The position numbers were made by a program, and so were the translations under genes. A DNA stretch of 64,000 bases from IMG/VR virus record IMGVR_UViG_3300036770_005357; one strand, written 5' to 3'. A model generated the notes under the pieces. The model was not told where the DNA came from, ran no database searches, and worked only from the letters and a program-made list of their open reading frames with translations. The DNA comes from a virus. Its lineage: Duplodnaviria; Caudoviricetes. Every line of letters begins with the position of its first letter. The stretch's first letter is position 1. Below, piece by piece: positions 51,624-62,552 of the stretch.

Positions 51624-52394
51624 ATGAAAATTGATTCCAAAGATAAAAAGATTTTGATATTCTCAGATCCTCATCAAGAAATTGATAAGGTTGATGATAT
51701 CATTAAACATGAAGCTGCTGATATCAACATTTGTTTGGGTGATTGGTTTGATAGTTTTTATAAAGACTATGATAGTGATTATAAAGCAACCGCTGATTAT
51801 CTATTGAAATATCTTGATACTAGAAACTCACATACTTGTTTTGGTAATCACGATGTTCACTACTTGTTCAATAGTGATGTTGCTAAATGTAGTGGTTACG
51901 AAGACCGTAAGTACTTTGCTATAGATGATGTAATTGGTAGATATAGAAAGTCTGTACAAGATTATTTTAAATGGTATTTTGTAATTGACGATTATTTGTG
52001 TACACATGCTGGTATACATCCAAATTACATACCTTCAACTGCAAAAAATAATGATGACATAATCAATTATATAGACAGTGAATGTGAACGGGCTACACTT
52101 GCGGCGAGAACTAATGACTATCATTGGTTTTTTAAGGCTGGTAGAGCAAGAGGCGGATTTGCCAGATATGGTGGTATTGTATGGTTAGACTTTGATAGAG
52201 AGTTTGAACCTATTGAGGATTTAAAACAAATCGTTGGTCATACACACAGAAGAAGTAAAGGTATTGAACAACATCATACAGAAGGATTCAGTGATCTGAC
52301 AGAAGCTAATAACCTGTGTATTGATTGTAATGTAAATCAATGGCTTACAATTACAAACGGTAAGATGGAGATAAAAAGTTATAAAGATTTGTAA
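51624..52394 (+). CDS. Calcineurin-like metallophosphoesterase
   Basis: SDPH, GDWFD, GNHD, THAG, GHTH. Confidence 0.85.
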   Translation: MKIDSKDKKILIFSDPHQEIDKVDDIIKHEAADINICLGDWFDSFYKDYDSDYKATADYLLKYLDTRNSHTCFGNHDVHYLFNSDVAKCSGYEDRKYFAIDDVIGRYRKSVQDYFKWYFVIDDYLCTHAGIHPNYIPSTAKNNDDIINYIDSECERATLAARTNDYHWFFKAGRARGGFARYGGIVWLDFDREFEPIEDLKQIVGHTHRRSKGIEQHHTEGFSDLTEANNLCIDCNVNQWLTITNGKMEIKSYKDL

Positions 52395-52957
52395 CATCTG
52401 TGTGAACTACACAATAGTATCTTTACTTTAAAATAAGTTTATGATATTTTATAGTGTATGATTGATATACGCTGTAATTATTGTGACACAGTTGCTTCTA
52501 TAAAGAATGGTTATATTCGTATGCAATGTCATTGTTGTGATGAAAACCGTATTATACCATTAACTGACCATGTAAATTATGATCAACACAATGATTATTT
52601 ATATTCCATGATGAGTGATGATTTTGTATATAACGAGGAGAAGTGACACTACTTATATTAAAGAGAAAGGTTTATTAATATGCCAGGTCCAATTTATTTA
52701 GGTATCAAAACACAAAATCCAGCATTAGGTATTACCAGCACAAATCCGGGTATTGCAAACGGAATGGCAGCTGCACAACAAATGGCTCAAGCTCAACAAC
52801 AACCTCAACCAGAACAAACACAAGGTAGATGGAATCAAGGTCAAGGTGTTCCGGTTATTGAAGTGCCATGGCACAAGGCTACGCCTGATATGAAAAATAT
52901 CAAATAATATTGACTTACACTACAGTATGCCCTATACTCAAAGTATAGGGTTTTTTT

Positions 52958-53536
52958 ATGCATCATTATCAACTTGAATTTGAGTTTAGAACAAAAGAAG
53001 AAAGAGAAAAAGATTACATAGACGCAATGTCTAAGATAAAGGATATTGACCTTAACTTTTATAGAATAAACAAATTTATGGATGAATTGCTTGACAATAT
53101 TCCATATGGTTGGCGAATCTATCATAAGACTCATCACATTAAATCGTGGATTGTATCAATTTATCAAAAACTTCGTTATGGAGTAAGTAATAAAGAATGT
53201 TGGAATCTAGATCAAACTATCACCAAGTTTATTTTACCAAGATTAAAACATTTCAAGAAAGTAAATGTACATTCACATCCAGCAAATTTGACAGAGGAAA
53301 AGTGGGATGCCATATTAGACGAAATTATTTGGACATTTGAATATTTAAATGATCCTGACAAATTTAATCCATTTCCATATTCATGTGCGATTCTTACATC
53401 AAGTAGAGTTTCCGGTAAAACTGAGAAACAAAAACAAGATTGGAAAAATTATGTAAATAAGTCTCTAGGACTAGAAGAACGAAAGAAAAAGGGTTTACAG
53501 TTATTTGCCGAATATTACGAAAATCTTTGGGATTGA
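52958..53536 (+). CDS. Conserved phage hypothetical
   Basis: WNLD..I..FILPRL..FK...GL.LFAEYY..LWD. Confidence 0.7.
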   Translation: MHHYQLEFEFRTKEEREKDYIDAMSKIKDIDLNFYRINKFMDELLDNIPYGWRIYHKTHHIKSWIVSIYQKLRYGVSNKECWNLDQTITKFILPRLKHFKKVNVHSHPANLTEEKWDAILDEIIWTFEYLNDPDKFNPFPYSCAILTSSRVSGKTEKQKQDWKNYVNKSLGLEERKKKGLQLFAEYYENLWD

Positions 53537-53726
53537 CATATTATAATTTTGTGGTATACTTTTAATATGAAGACTGAATATTGGCTTTTTATACTTACAC
53601 TGTCGTATCTAATAAACACTTGTTTGGGTTGTTATTTTGTTTTTAACAACAGCAAATTTTTAGGTTATTTACATGCTGCTATAGCATCGGTGTCTGCTGG
53701 TATTTGGTTTTATATGAGGAGTATGT

Positions 53727-54734
53727 ATGGATCGTAAGTTAGCCTCTATTCGTAAGATTGAAGAAATCAAGCCTATTCAAGGCGCTGATAAGATTTGTGT
53801 CTATCGTGTAGGCGGATGGTGGGTTGTTGACACTGTAAATAAGTACAACGTTGGCGACTTGGTTGTTTATTATGAGATTGACAGCTTTCTTCCTATTAAG
53901 CCTGAATTTGAGTTTCTTCGTAAGAATAGTTACAAGAAAATGCCTAATGGCGATGATGGATTTAGACTCAAGACTATCAAGTTGCGCGGTCAACTTAGTC
54001 AAGGTCTTCTTACCAAGATTCCAGATACTATTGTAAATCCTAAAGAGGGCGATGATATTACTGAAATACTTGGTATTGTTAAGTATGAACCACCGATTCC
54101 TGCACAACTTGCTGGACTTGTAAAGGGTTTATTTCCGTCATTTATTCCAAAGACCGATGAAATTCGTGTACAGAACTTTGAATCTGATACAGGTTTAAAT
54201 GTTTATGGATCAATAGTTTACATTACTGAAAAACTTGATGGTACAAGTTTTACTTGTTACTTCAATAAAGGTGAATTCGGTGTTTGTAGCCGTAATCTTG
54301 AATTGAAAGAAACCGCTGAAAATACTCATTGGTCTGTTGCCAATAAGATGAAACTTCGTGAGAAGTTGAGTGCTTTGGGTAGAAATATAGCTCTACAAGG
54401 TGAATTATGTGGTACGGGTATTCAAAAGAATATGTATCGTTTCAATGATCAACGGGTGTATTTCTTTACAGCTTATGACATTGATAATGGTAGTAGATTA
54501 CACTTTGAAGAACTTAAAGAACTTATTTCTAATTTAGAACTTGAAATGGTACCTATACTAGATGATTTGTATAGACTTCCTTCTGAAAATCTTGTAGAGA
54601 AGATGCTTGCTTATGCTGATGGCAAGAGTTTCTTTAATAACACTGTTGACCGTGAAGGTGTAGTGATTCGTGGATTGATGGTGGATTTTAGCTTCAAGGC
54701 TATTAGTAACAATTTCTTGTTGAAAAATGACTGA
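53727..54734 (+). CDS. RNA ligase (DRB0094/Rnl2-like family)
   Basis: RKLASI, RLKTIKLRGQLSQGL, IPKTDEIRVQN, TEKLDGTS, QGE, REGVV, FKAISN.FLL. Confidence 0.92.
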   Translation: MDRKLASIRKIEEIKPIQGADKICVYRVGGWWVVDTVNKYNVGDLVVYYEIDSFLPIKPEFEFLRKNSYKKMPNGDDGFRLKTIKLRGQLSQGLLTKIPDTIVNPKEGDDITEILGIVKYEPPIPAQLAGLVKGLFPSFIPKTDEIRVQNFESDTGLNVYGSIVYITEKLDGTSFTCYFNKGEFGVCSRNLELKETAENTHWSVANKMKLREKLSALGRNIALQGELCGTGIQKNMYRFNDQRVYFFTAYDIDNGSRLHFEELKELISNLELEMVPILDDLYRLPSENLVEKMLAYADGKSFFNNTVDREGVVIRGLMVDFSFKAISNNFLLKND

Positions 54735-55012
54735 AGAACTTGTACATAGGGGAGTTTACGACTCCTCTTTTTTTATGAAAGAACTAGTTACAAATGAGAA
54801 CAATGAATGCTTGAGCGTTCGTTGTGATTTTTATCAGACATGTAAGAAGAATCGTGTGTCAAAGTTTTATAATACCAAGAGAAAGTTCTTGCCATTGGTA
54901 GAGAAAAACATTTGTTTTAGCTTTGACAGCGGAAAACGAAGTGATCTACCTGATAATGCTTACCCAAAAAAATTCGTTGACTTTCTATAAATGCATGATA
55001 GGATTATAGTAT

Positions 55013-56110
55013 ATGAAGTTACCTATTCTTTATTCTCGTACAAATACTGGTGCTGTTCAAACTTGGACCGTTGAAGTTGTAGGCGATAAGTATCGCACTT
55101 TTTTCGGCCAGATTGATGGTATCATACAAAGTACCGAATGGACCTTTGTTGAAGCCAAGAATGTTGGTAAGAAAAATGCCACGACGGGCGAACAACAAGC
55201 ACTGAAGGAAGCCAATGCTCTTTGGAAGAAGAAGAAAGAGAGCGGTTATTTTGATGACATCGGTAATATTGATAATGATATCTTTACGGAACCTATGCTC
55301 GCTAAGAGTTATGATGACTATAAGGATGAAATTAAGTATCCGGTCTATAGTCAACCTAAGCTAGATGGTATCCGGTGTATTATTAAAAAGAATGGTATGT
55401 GGAGTAGGAATGGTAAACCAATCATTTCAGCTCCTCATGTACTGGAGGCTCTTAAGGACTTTTTTAATAAGTTCCCCACCGCAATTCTTGATGGTGAACT
55501 TTATTGTGATAAGTTAGCTAACGATTTCAATAAGATTTGTAGCTTGGTTAAGAAGACTGTTCCTACAAAGGAAGACCTTATTGAAAGTGCTAAAACTATT
55601 CAGTATTGGGTTTATGATTGGATTTTACCGGATGATTTCGGTGAACGGTCACATCAGATCAATGTCAATATTTTAAGTAATAATATTATTCGTAAGGTAC
55701 CTACTCATAGAGTTGATACACTTAATCAGCTTGATGATCTTTATGAAAAGTATATTGTTGAAGGATATGAGGGTCAGATGGTTCGTCTTGATAATGTTTA
55801 TGAAAACAAGCGTAGTAAGAATTTGCTTAAGCGTAAGGAGTTTCAAGACAGTGAATACAAGATTATTGATATTGTAGAGGGTGAAGGCAATAGGTCTGGT
55901 ATGGCTGGATATATGGTATTTAGGAATCACAAGGATATTCTGTTCCATAGTAATATTAAAGGAGATCGTGAATATTTGAAGGAACTGCTTAAGAACAAAA
56001 AGAAGTACATTGGTAAGATGGCTACAATTAAGTACTTTAATTTGACGCCTGGTGAGGAAATACCCAGATTCCCTTTTGTAATTAATATTGACCGTGAAAG
56101 TTATGAATGA
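55013..56110 (+). CDS. ATP-dependent DNA ligase with N-terminal WGR-like domain
   Basis: PMLA, QPKLDGIR, LDGELY, EGYEGQMVR, LLKRK, PRFP. Confidence 0.92.
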   Translation: MKLPILYSRTNTGAVQTWTVEVVGDKYRTFFGQIDGIIQSTEWTFVEAKNVGKKNATTGEQQALKEANALWKKKKESGYFDDIGNIDNDIFTEPMLAKSYDDYKDEIKYPVYSQPKLDGIRCIIKKNGMWSRNGKPIISAPHVLEALKDFFNKFPTAILDGELYCDKLANDFNKICSLVKKTVPTKEDLIESAKTIQYWVYDWILPDDFGERSHQINVNILSNNIIRKVPTHRVDTLNQLDDLYEKYIVEGYEGQMVRLDNVYENKRSKNLLKRKEFQDSEYKIIDIVEGEGNRSGMAGYMVFRNHKDILFHSNIKGDREYLKELLKNKKKYIGKMATIKYFNLTPGEEIPRFPFVINIDRESYE

Positions 56111-57780
56111 TAAGATACACACTAGTAAGATCGTACTTGAAATTGAATGGGTTGAACATCCACATCAACTAAACAATCCGGCTCAGTGGGATTGGAACAG
56201 AATTAAGAGTGATTTGGATTTGAAACGAGTTAAATTTATTGGTACATACACACAAGGATTGCCTGAGAAGGCAGCAAATTGGATTGATAATTAAAATATG
56301 ATTAAAGACAATACAAAAGTTGTAGAGTGGTTGAAAAATCAAATTGATAAAAAGTTTGCTAAAGATCTTGATTATAAAGAGATCAAGGTCTACTATAGTT
56401 GTGACCGTCCACATCCAGATTTGATTGTGGAATGTAAAACAAATAATGATGATCTAAACATTATTAGATTTTTGGTTGTATGAACATTCTGAATTTGTTT
56501 CACACAATATTGTTAGTTACACTGTTGGTGATTTTGGTCACAGTATTTTTTGATAATGAGGATTAATTATGTTCAATAGTTCAGAAAGATTAGAGAGGAT
56601 ACGAGATTTTATTAAGTGTCAAAAAACTATAAACACTGTTCAAAAACAAATGGGCGGTAATACAAATTATAGTGATCTAATCTATAATGATATTGAATGG
56701 GCATGTAAAGAAATTGAAGAACTTAAATTGGAGATTGCAAGAACAAACAGTGTTGTAAAAGTTGGTAAATTTTCAGCAAAAAAGATTCTATGAAGTCATT
56801 AATATTTAGTGTTGTACTAATTACAGTTGCTTATGCCAGTACAATTGCAGAACCTATAAAGGTATATTTTGTGGTATCTAGTAGGTCAGGCGATCGTACA
56901 ATTGAACGGGTATATCTTCTAAAAGAAAATGCTGAAAAATATTGTAATATGTACAAAGATAGTCATAATTATTCAATAGAAGAACATAAACTTAGTGAAT
57001 AAATTTTTTTAAAAATTGAGAAAGGCTAACTAAATAGATGGAAACTCAGATAGACTCTATCATTAAAAATTATTGTAAGAAACTTAAAAAACTTGATAAA
57101 ACTAAAAGTATACCTTATCTAGTAAAAGACATAGATAAACTCATATATGACATGTACTATGAATTACATGCTTTGAGAGGTGTTACTAAGTTAGCCGAAT
57201 CTGTTGAAACACCTAAAAAAGGTCATTGTTGTTGATTTATGAAAAAGAAAAATGTTTTGTGTACAAACATCACACTGGATAAGTGTCCCGACTGTAAAGT
57301 TGACGCGGGTAAAAAACATAAAAAGAATTGTGATGTAGAACGTTGCAGTGTATGTGGTTCACAATATATCAGTTGTGGATGTGAAAATCATGATAAACAG
57401 TTTTCATATTGGACAGGTTTTTGGCCCGGAGAGCTAGAAGCGAGAGCGTTAAATATGGATTTGAACTCTCTATATACGACGGGCATGCATAAAATATTTT
57501 TTACAAAACCCAAATAATTTATGGCAAAGAAAATTACAGAACATCTTGAACTAATAGCGCAACGAGTACCGCCCGGTGATAAATGGCGACTTGTGAATGA
57601 TACTCGTAAAATTATACACAATTCACTCACAGAAGCTTTAGAAGCTTATTTTATGGAAACTAAGTTTAAAGGTGAATATAGATTGGCACCGTTGGATAGT
57701 AAACTATATGTGATTAAATCAGTTGAAGAAGAAATCATTCCCGAAATAAAGAACTTCAATATTTACGGTGATCCTATTTA

Positions 57781-58413
57781 ATGTTTTATAATATTGTACA
57801 AATAGGTGCTTTTGTAGGTAATGACGATGTATATAAAATAATCATCAATGAACCTAATATAAATGCTTTGTTAATTGAACCCGTACCGTGGTACTTTGAT
57901 AAGTTAAAACAGAATTATGTTAACATACCCAATCCAAACCGTATATCATTTGATAATAGTGTTATACATACTTATGACGGTGAATGTACATTTCATTGTA
58001 TGAAAGAGGTTGAGTATGAATTTAATTATAATACCGACAAAAATTGGGGTCCAGAAATAAGCGGCGTAAATCTAGAACTAATTAAAGAACACGAACAATA
58101 TTTAAATAATCAACACTTTCAATACGAAACACTTAATTTAAAGTGTATAACTTCATTAAGCTTAATAAACAAGTATAATATAACAGATATAGAGTTTCTT
58201 AAGATTGATGCTGAAGGATTGGATTATGATTTGATCACTAATTGGCCATTTGACAAAGTAAAACCTAAATATCTTAAGTTTGAACACTGTCATTTAGACG
58301 GTCATATCAATAGGAATAGTTCAGCTAATACATTGAATTTATTTCTAAATAATAGAGGTTATAAGTTCCTCAAGGATGAAGGTATAGATAGGGTATATAC
58401 AAGAATTTTTTAA
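57781..58413 (+). CDS. FkbM-family methyltransferase
   Basis: VQIGAFVG, LIEPVP, LKIDAEGLD. Confidence 0.8.
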   Translation: MFYNIVQIGAFVGNDDVYKIIINEPNINALLIEPVPWYFDKLKQNYVNIPNPNRISFDNSVIHTYDGECTFHCMKEVEYEFNYNTDKNWGPEISGVNLELIKEHEQYLNNQHFQYETLNLKCITSLSLINKYNITDIEFLKIDAEGLDYDLITNWPFDKVKPKYLKFEHCHLDGHINRNSSANTLNLFLNNRGYKFLKDEGIDRVYTRIF

Positions 58414-58470
58414 TACATTTACCCGTTTAATATTATATTTATATGTAAATAACAATATAGATATAATATT

Positions 58471-58749
58471 ATGCCATTATCAAGTTCACAATATCCAGAA
58501 GTAGAATTGCCATCTCCGGTAATTACACAACAACAAGTAACATCCAGTGCTTATCAAATCACCGATGTAAACGACAATCCTGTACAAAAAACAGTTGTTG
58601 CAAGAGTAACTGTAGGACCAGGTGCAATTAATTTCTTCACCGTATGGAGTGGAGAATCATACGATCAAATCGGTCAATGGACCGACAGTGATCTTGTAAC
58701 TGCTGTAACTCCTTTGGTACAAGCAGCTTATCCACCAGTTACACCTTAA
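58471..58749 (+). CDS. Small late protein
   Basis: TATTTATA motif upstream. Confidence 0.55.
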   Translation: MPLSSSQYPEVELPSPVITQQQVTSSAYQITDVNDNPVQKTVVARVTVGPGAINFFTVWSGESYDQIGQWTDSDLVTAVTPLVQAAYPPVTP

Positions 58750-59714
58750 TCATTAAACAATTTCAACCATTGTGCTGATACTACATCAGCACAATATTTT
58801 TTTGCATCTACACTACATTTTCTTTGTGTTGTTACATCACTAAAGAATTGTTTAATATCATTTGTAACTGTATCGCTGTTCAATACTTCTTTTAAAGCAC
58901 CATAACCATTAGTACAATAGATGTAAGGTGTGGCTTTGAGTATTTCTGCTAATACAGCACTTACACAAAATGTTTCGGTCATAACATTGACATAAAACAT
59001 GCCTTCCGATCTAGCTAATAGATCTACCACTTGTTTAAATGTAAGCGTATTCAAATAATTTACGCTATAGTTTGCTATACTAATATCATTCCGGGGATTG
59101 TCATAACCAGGCAAACAAACATTCAATGATTTATTTTTAAGTGACGGACTTTTATCCTTAAGATACATCCAATATTGTAATGTATAACCATAACCTTTCA
59201 TCAAACTACTAGCATATACAAAATCTGATTTATTTTGTGGTAATTGATAATCATATACCCACTGTGGAATCATAAAGTTTATAATATGTTTATTCCAATC
59301 GGATGGATATTGATCATTACTATATTTGCTTAGTGTGACTAACTTACATTTACCACTATCAATTAATTCATAGTAAGGTAGATTTTGTGGACTATTATTA
59401 TCAGTCACCCAATGATAACAGTTCTTATGTTTGATTCTGCGTGGAATAATGCTATTACGAAGTAATATCAAATGATTACACTTAAATTGATATTGTTGAA
59501 CGCTTACATTAGGCAAATAAAGTACACCGTTATATTCTTTTTCAACGGTTGTATTGTTTAAACAAATTACTTTCTTACCCAATTTAGCAAACTCTTCAAG
59601 CAAAAATATTGCTTGCGATTCACTGCCACCCATGCCTTTAGTCAATAAATCCTCACCTGTATAAGGAACGCATACAGTGTCAAATAGTATTATATCAGCA
59701 AATAGTTCGTTCAT
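58746..59714 (-). CDS. Glycosyltransferase (GT-B-like)
   Basis: GMGGSE, YASS..KG, ETFCVSAVLAE..A.P...GALKE. Confidence 0.8.
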   Translation of the reverse strand: MNELFADIILFDTVCVPYTGEDLLTKGMGGSESQAIFLLEEFAKLGKKVICLNNTTVEKEYNGVLYLPNVSVQQYQFKCNHLILLRNSIIPRRIKHKNCYHWVTDNNSPQNLPYYELIDSGKCKLVTLSKYSNDQYPSDWNKHIINFMIPQWVYDYQLPQNKSDFVYASSLMKGYGYTLQYWMYLKDKSPSLKNKSLNVCLPGYDNPRNDISIANYSVNYLNTLTFKQVVDLLARSEGMFYVNVMTETFCVSAVLAEILKATPYIYCTNGYGALKEVLNSDTVTNDIKQFFSDVTTQRKCSVDAKKYCADVVSAQWLKLFND

Positions 59715-60526
59715 AACACTTTAAACATATCGTCATCTACAGTTTGTTGTGATGTTGGTGTTACAAAGTATTTGGATAATACTTCATTTTTAGTTGGTTG
59801 TTGAACTACACCTTGATTTTCAAACTTGGTTTTCCAATCAGCCAACCATTTTCTTACATCGCCCGTATAAGATTTATTACCTACATGTACCAAATCAATG
59901 TTTGTATCTAAAAACACTTTACCACCCATTTGTTGCCACTTGAATCCCATGATGATATCTTCACTTACAAAGTGATTATTTGCATTAATTGTACATGCAC
60001 AAATATTCTTAGTTAATTCAGGAGCGCCTTCTTTTTCAGATACATAAAATTCATTTTCATTTTCAAATAACTGTTTAACACAATTCTTTGATAACTTCAA
60101 GAAACCACATCCTAATCCATTTACTTCAAGTATACCGTTGTCGTCAGGTACTATATTGAAATTACTCGCATTTTCTCCAAGTGCTTTAAAAGCATACAAT
60201 TCTTCATCGTCATTCTTTTTACGATATGTACCACCAATCATATCTTTATCACTTAGAACTAACTTTACAAAATCAGATGGGTTCCAACCAATATCGCTGT
60301 CAATAAAGAACAATACATCCACAGCACTTTGATAAGCTACTCTAAAATAATCATTTCTAGCTCTTTGTATCAAACTATCAAAACAAAGAAAGTATGGTAA
60401 AACTTTGATGTTGTTTTGTTCACAGAGTGGTATGGTATTGATTAGACTGTCCATGAAACGGACATCAAATCTACCATCATAACTTGGTGCTGCTAGTAAA
60501 ACTGTAATAGGTTTATTTTCGTTCAT
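59711..60526 (-). CDS. Glycosyltransferase-like protein
   Basis: QRARN, FIDSD, GCGFLKL, SED, HVG. Confidence 0.75.
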   Translation of the reverse strand: MNENKPITVLLAAPSYDGRFDVRFMDSLINTIPLCEQNNIKVLPYFLCFDSLIQRARNDYFRVAYQSAVDVLFFIDSDIGWNPSDFVKLVLSDKDMIGGTYRKKNDDEELYAFKALGENASNFNIVPDDNGILEVNGLGCGFLKLSKNCVKQLFENENEFYVSEKEGAPELTKNICACTINANNHFVSEDIIMGFKWQQMGGKVFLDTNIDLVHVGNKSYTGDVRKWLADWKTKFENQGVVQQPTKNEVLSKYFVTPTSQQTVDDDMFKVL

Positions 60527-61347
60527 ATGTTGTAATTAAAAGCTTTATAAAACCAATTGTATTTTTCTGTAATATAGTTGCAGTTGTGTCTGCCCAATAC
60601 ACTAAGATAATCTTCGGGTACCTGTTCAATTTTATTTCTTATTAAGTGATCGCCAAATGGTCTATAGAAGACATCATTTTCTTTGGTAAATTGAGCTATA
60701 TTATTGAAATCGTGTTGGTAATATGGTATTTCAAGATAGTTGTATATTTTTCTTACTTCTTGTTCTGGATTTGCACTGAAGTCTTCAAACTTTATGAATA
60801 AGCACTTCTGTGCAATCTTTCTTACTATAACATCATATATCACATCAATAGGAGCACATAGTGGTGGTGCTACATTTAGATACATATCTACTCTTTTATC
60901 TACAGTAGTACCTTTCATTTCATTCCAGTTTTGCATGCCAGCGTCTAGGTGTTGATTGTCTCTAAACTTCTTTTCTAGACTGCTTACGATACTTCTTAGA
61001 TCTCGTATCATTATGATAACTTTTGGATTGGGATCAAACCAATTTACGAAATCATATGTTACACTCCAACCTCTACACTTATCTACAACATATTTTCTGT
61101 CAGTAACATTATTATAAAAACCATATAAAGCACTTTTACAAAATCCTTTGAATCCATTGTCCATGATCTTACTATCTTGTGCTTTGAATTCTATTGCGTT
61201 TGTATAGTTATTTTTTGCATTGAGCAATAGATCACAAAGACCGCTTGTTGGACTGCCGTATATGTCTGGATTTTGAGCAAGCAAATTTTGCACGAGAGTT
61301 GAACCTGCGCGAGGCATGCTACTTTGGAAAAACACTTTTTCTACCAT
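60523..61347 (-). CDS. Sulfotransferase
   Basis: SMPRAGSTL (5'-PAPS-binding), VDK.R.W, RDLRSIVSS, KFEDF..NPE. Confidence 0.9.
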   Translation of the reverse strand: MVEKVFFQSSMPRAGSTLVQNLLAQNPDIYGSPTSGLCDLLLNAKNNYTNAIEFKAQDSKIMDNGFKGFCKSALYGFYNNVTDRKYVVDKCRGWSVTYDFVNWFDPNPKVIIMIRDLRSIVSSLEKKFRDNQHLDAGMQNWNEMKGTTVDKRVDMYLNVAPPLCAPIDVIYDVIVRKIAQKCLFIKFEDFSANPEQEVRKIYNYLEIPYYQHDFNNIAQFTKENDVFYRPFGDHLIRNKIEQVPEDYLSVLGRHNCNYITEKYNWFYKAFNYNI

Positions 61348-61390
61348 ATGATTATAACTATTTTTAAGCGGTTAAAATCTATTTTTATAT

Positions 61391-61807
61391 TTAACTCAAA
61401 TTATTTGCGTCAATGAATATTTGATCAATTTGTTGACTCGTTAATCCTAACTCTGTACCTATTTGTATAATAAGTGGATGATTTCTTTCTACTTGATTAC
61501 CATACTCCCATTGTTGTACAGCTACTATTTTTTCAGTTCCTGTCAAATTATCTATCATTGATTGTACATCATCAAATAAACCCATTATTTGTAGTTGTGC
61601 TCTTAATGACCAATTTGGAATGATTTGTGGTACAGGTGTTATTATTTGATTAATTACCCATTGACAATCTTGCCATATACAATTCTGTGTTGCTGGATCG
61701 TATTGTGGTTGTGGAGTTTCTACCCAACCTTTTCTTGTCAATGTTTCTATAACGGCAGGATCAGTTTCAGTTCTTAATTGACAATCGTATGTTAAAAATG
61801 TAATCAT
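61391..61807 (-). CDS. Tail-fibre-associated small protein
   Basis: PQYDPATQ...W; WEY...R..P.I..I..LGLT.QQID.IF. Confidence 0.55.
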   Translation of the reverse strand: MITFLTYDCQLRTETDPAVIETLTRKGWVETPQPQYDPATQNCIWQDCQWVINQIITPVPQIIPNWSLRAQLQIMGLFDDVQSMIDNLTGTEKIVAVQQWEYGNQVERNHPLIIQIGTELGLTSQQIDQIFIDANNLS

Positions 61808-61829
61808 ATCTTTATTTAAATATTATTTT

Positions 61830-62546
61830 TCAAGAACAAGCAATTTTAAAAGTAAAAGCTGCCGACTTTTCATATCGTTTTCTTAAATCAACGGAAATAG
61901 ATCCAAATACAGCAATATAACAAATACTTACCATTCCATACCAATTTTGACCCGTGCCATGCCATCCTAGTCTATGTGTTAAATTTGTACCAGCGTTACC
62001 ATTCCTTATTGTTGATGACAAAATATTTGGAACGCCAACCGATATGTTACCGGCAGTTACACCTGTATATCTACCATTTATGTTAACATCAGTTACGTTA
62101 TTTGATGAGGAGTCTTGCATTTCTATTGCAGCAAATGGTTGAGTTGTTGTGAGAAATGTATTTGTATAATAAGATAAAAATCCCTGACGAGGAAATCTAG
62201 TAACAAAACCATCAGTTGCTATGATTACATCAATAGTAATATGTACATAATTTGGAGATCTATTTAATTTACCAACTATAACATATGATTGATCAGCAGT
62301 TGTAGTTATTCCACTAGTACTTGTTAAAATAGTGTTAGTACCATTAAAATCTACCGCTGGATTTCCGTTAATAAGTCTACTATAATATGTTGGTCTAACT
62401 GTTGCTTCGGTAAAATCAGTTGTTGTAGCTCTATTTGACCATGTTGTTAAAGCACTACCATTACTTACTCCGGTTATAAATCTTGAATCTAGAACTATAA
62501 TAGCACCTGAAGATTTTGCGTTTAAATGTCTATTTCTTCTATGCAT
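61830..62546 (-). CDS. Lectin/LamG-like structural protein
   Basis: LD.RFI..V.NG...TW ... INGNPAVDFNG. Confidence 0.5.
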   Translation of the reverse strand: MHRRNRHLNAKSSGAIIVLDSRFITGVSNGSALTTWSNRATTTDFTEATVRPTYYSRLINGNPAVDFNGTNTILTSTSGITTTADQSYVIVGKLNRSPNYVHITIDVIIATDGFVTRFPRQGFLSYYTNTFLTTTQPFAAIEMQDSSSNNVTDVNINGRYTGVTAGNISVGVPNILSSTIRNGNAGTNLTHRLGWHGTGQNWYGMVSICYIAVFGSISVDLRKRYEKSAAFTFKIACS

Positions 62547-62552
62547 ATATTA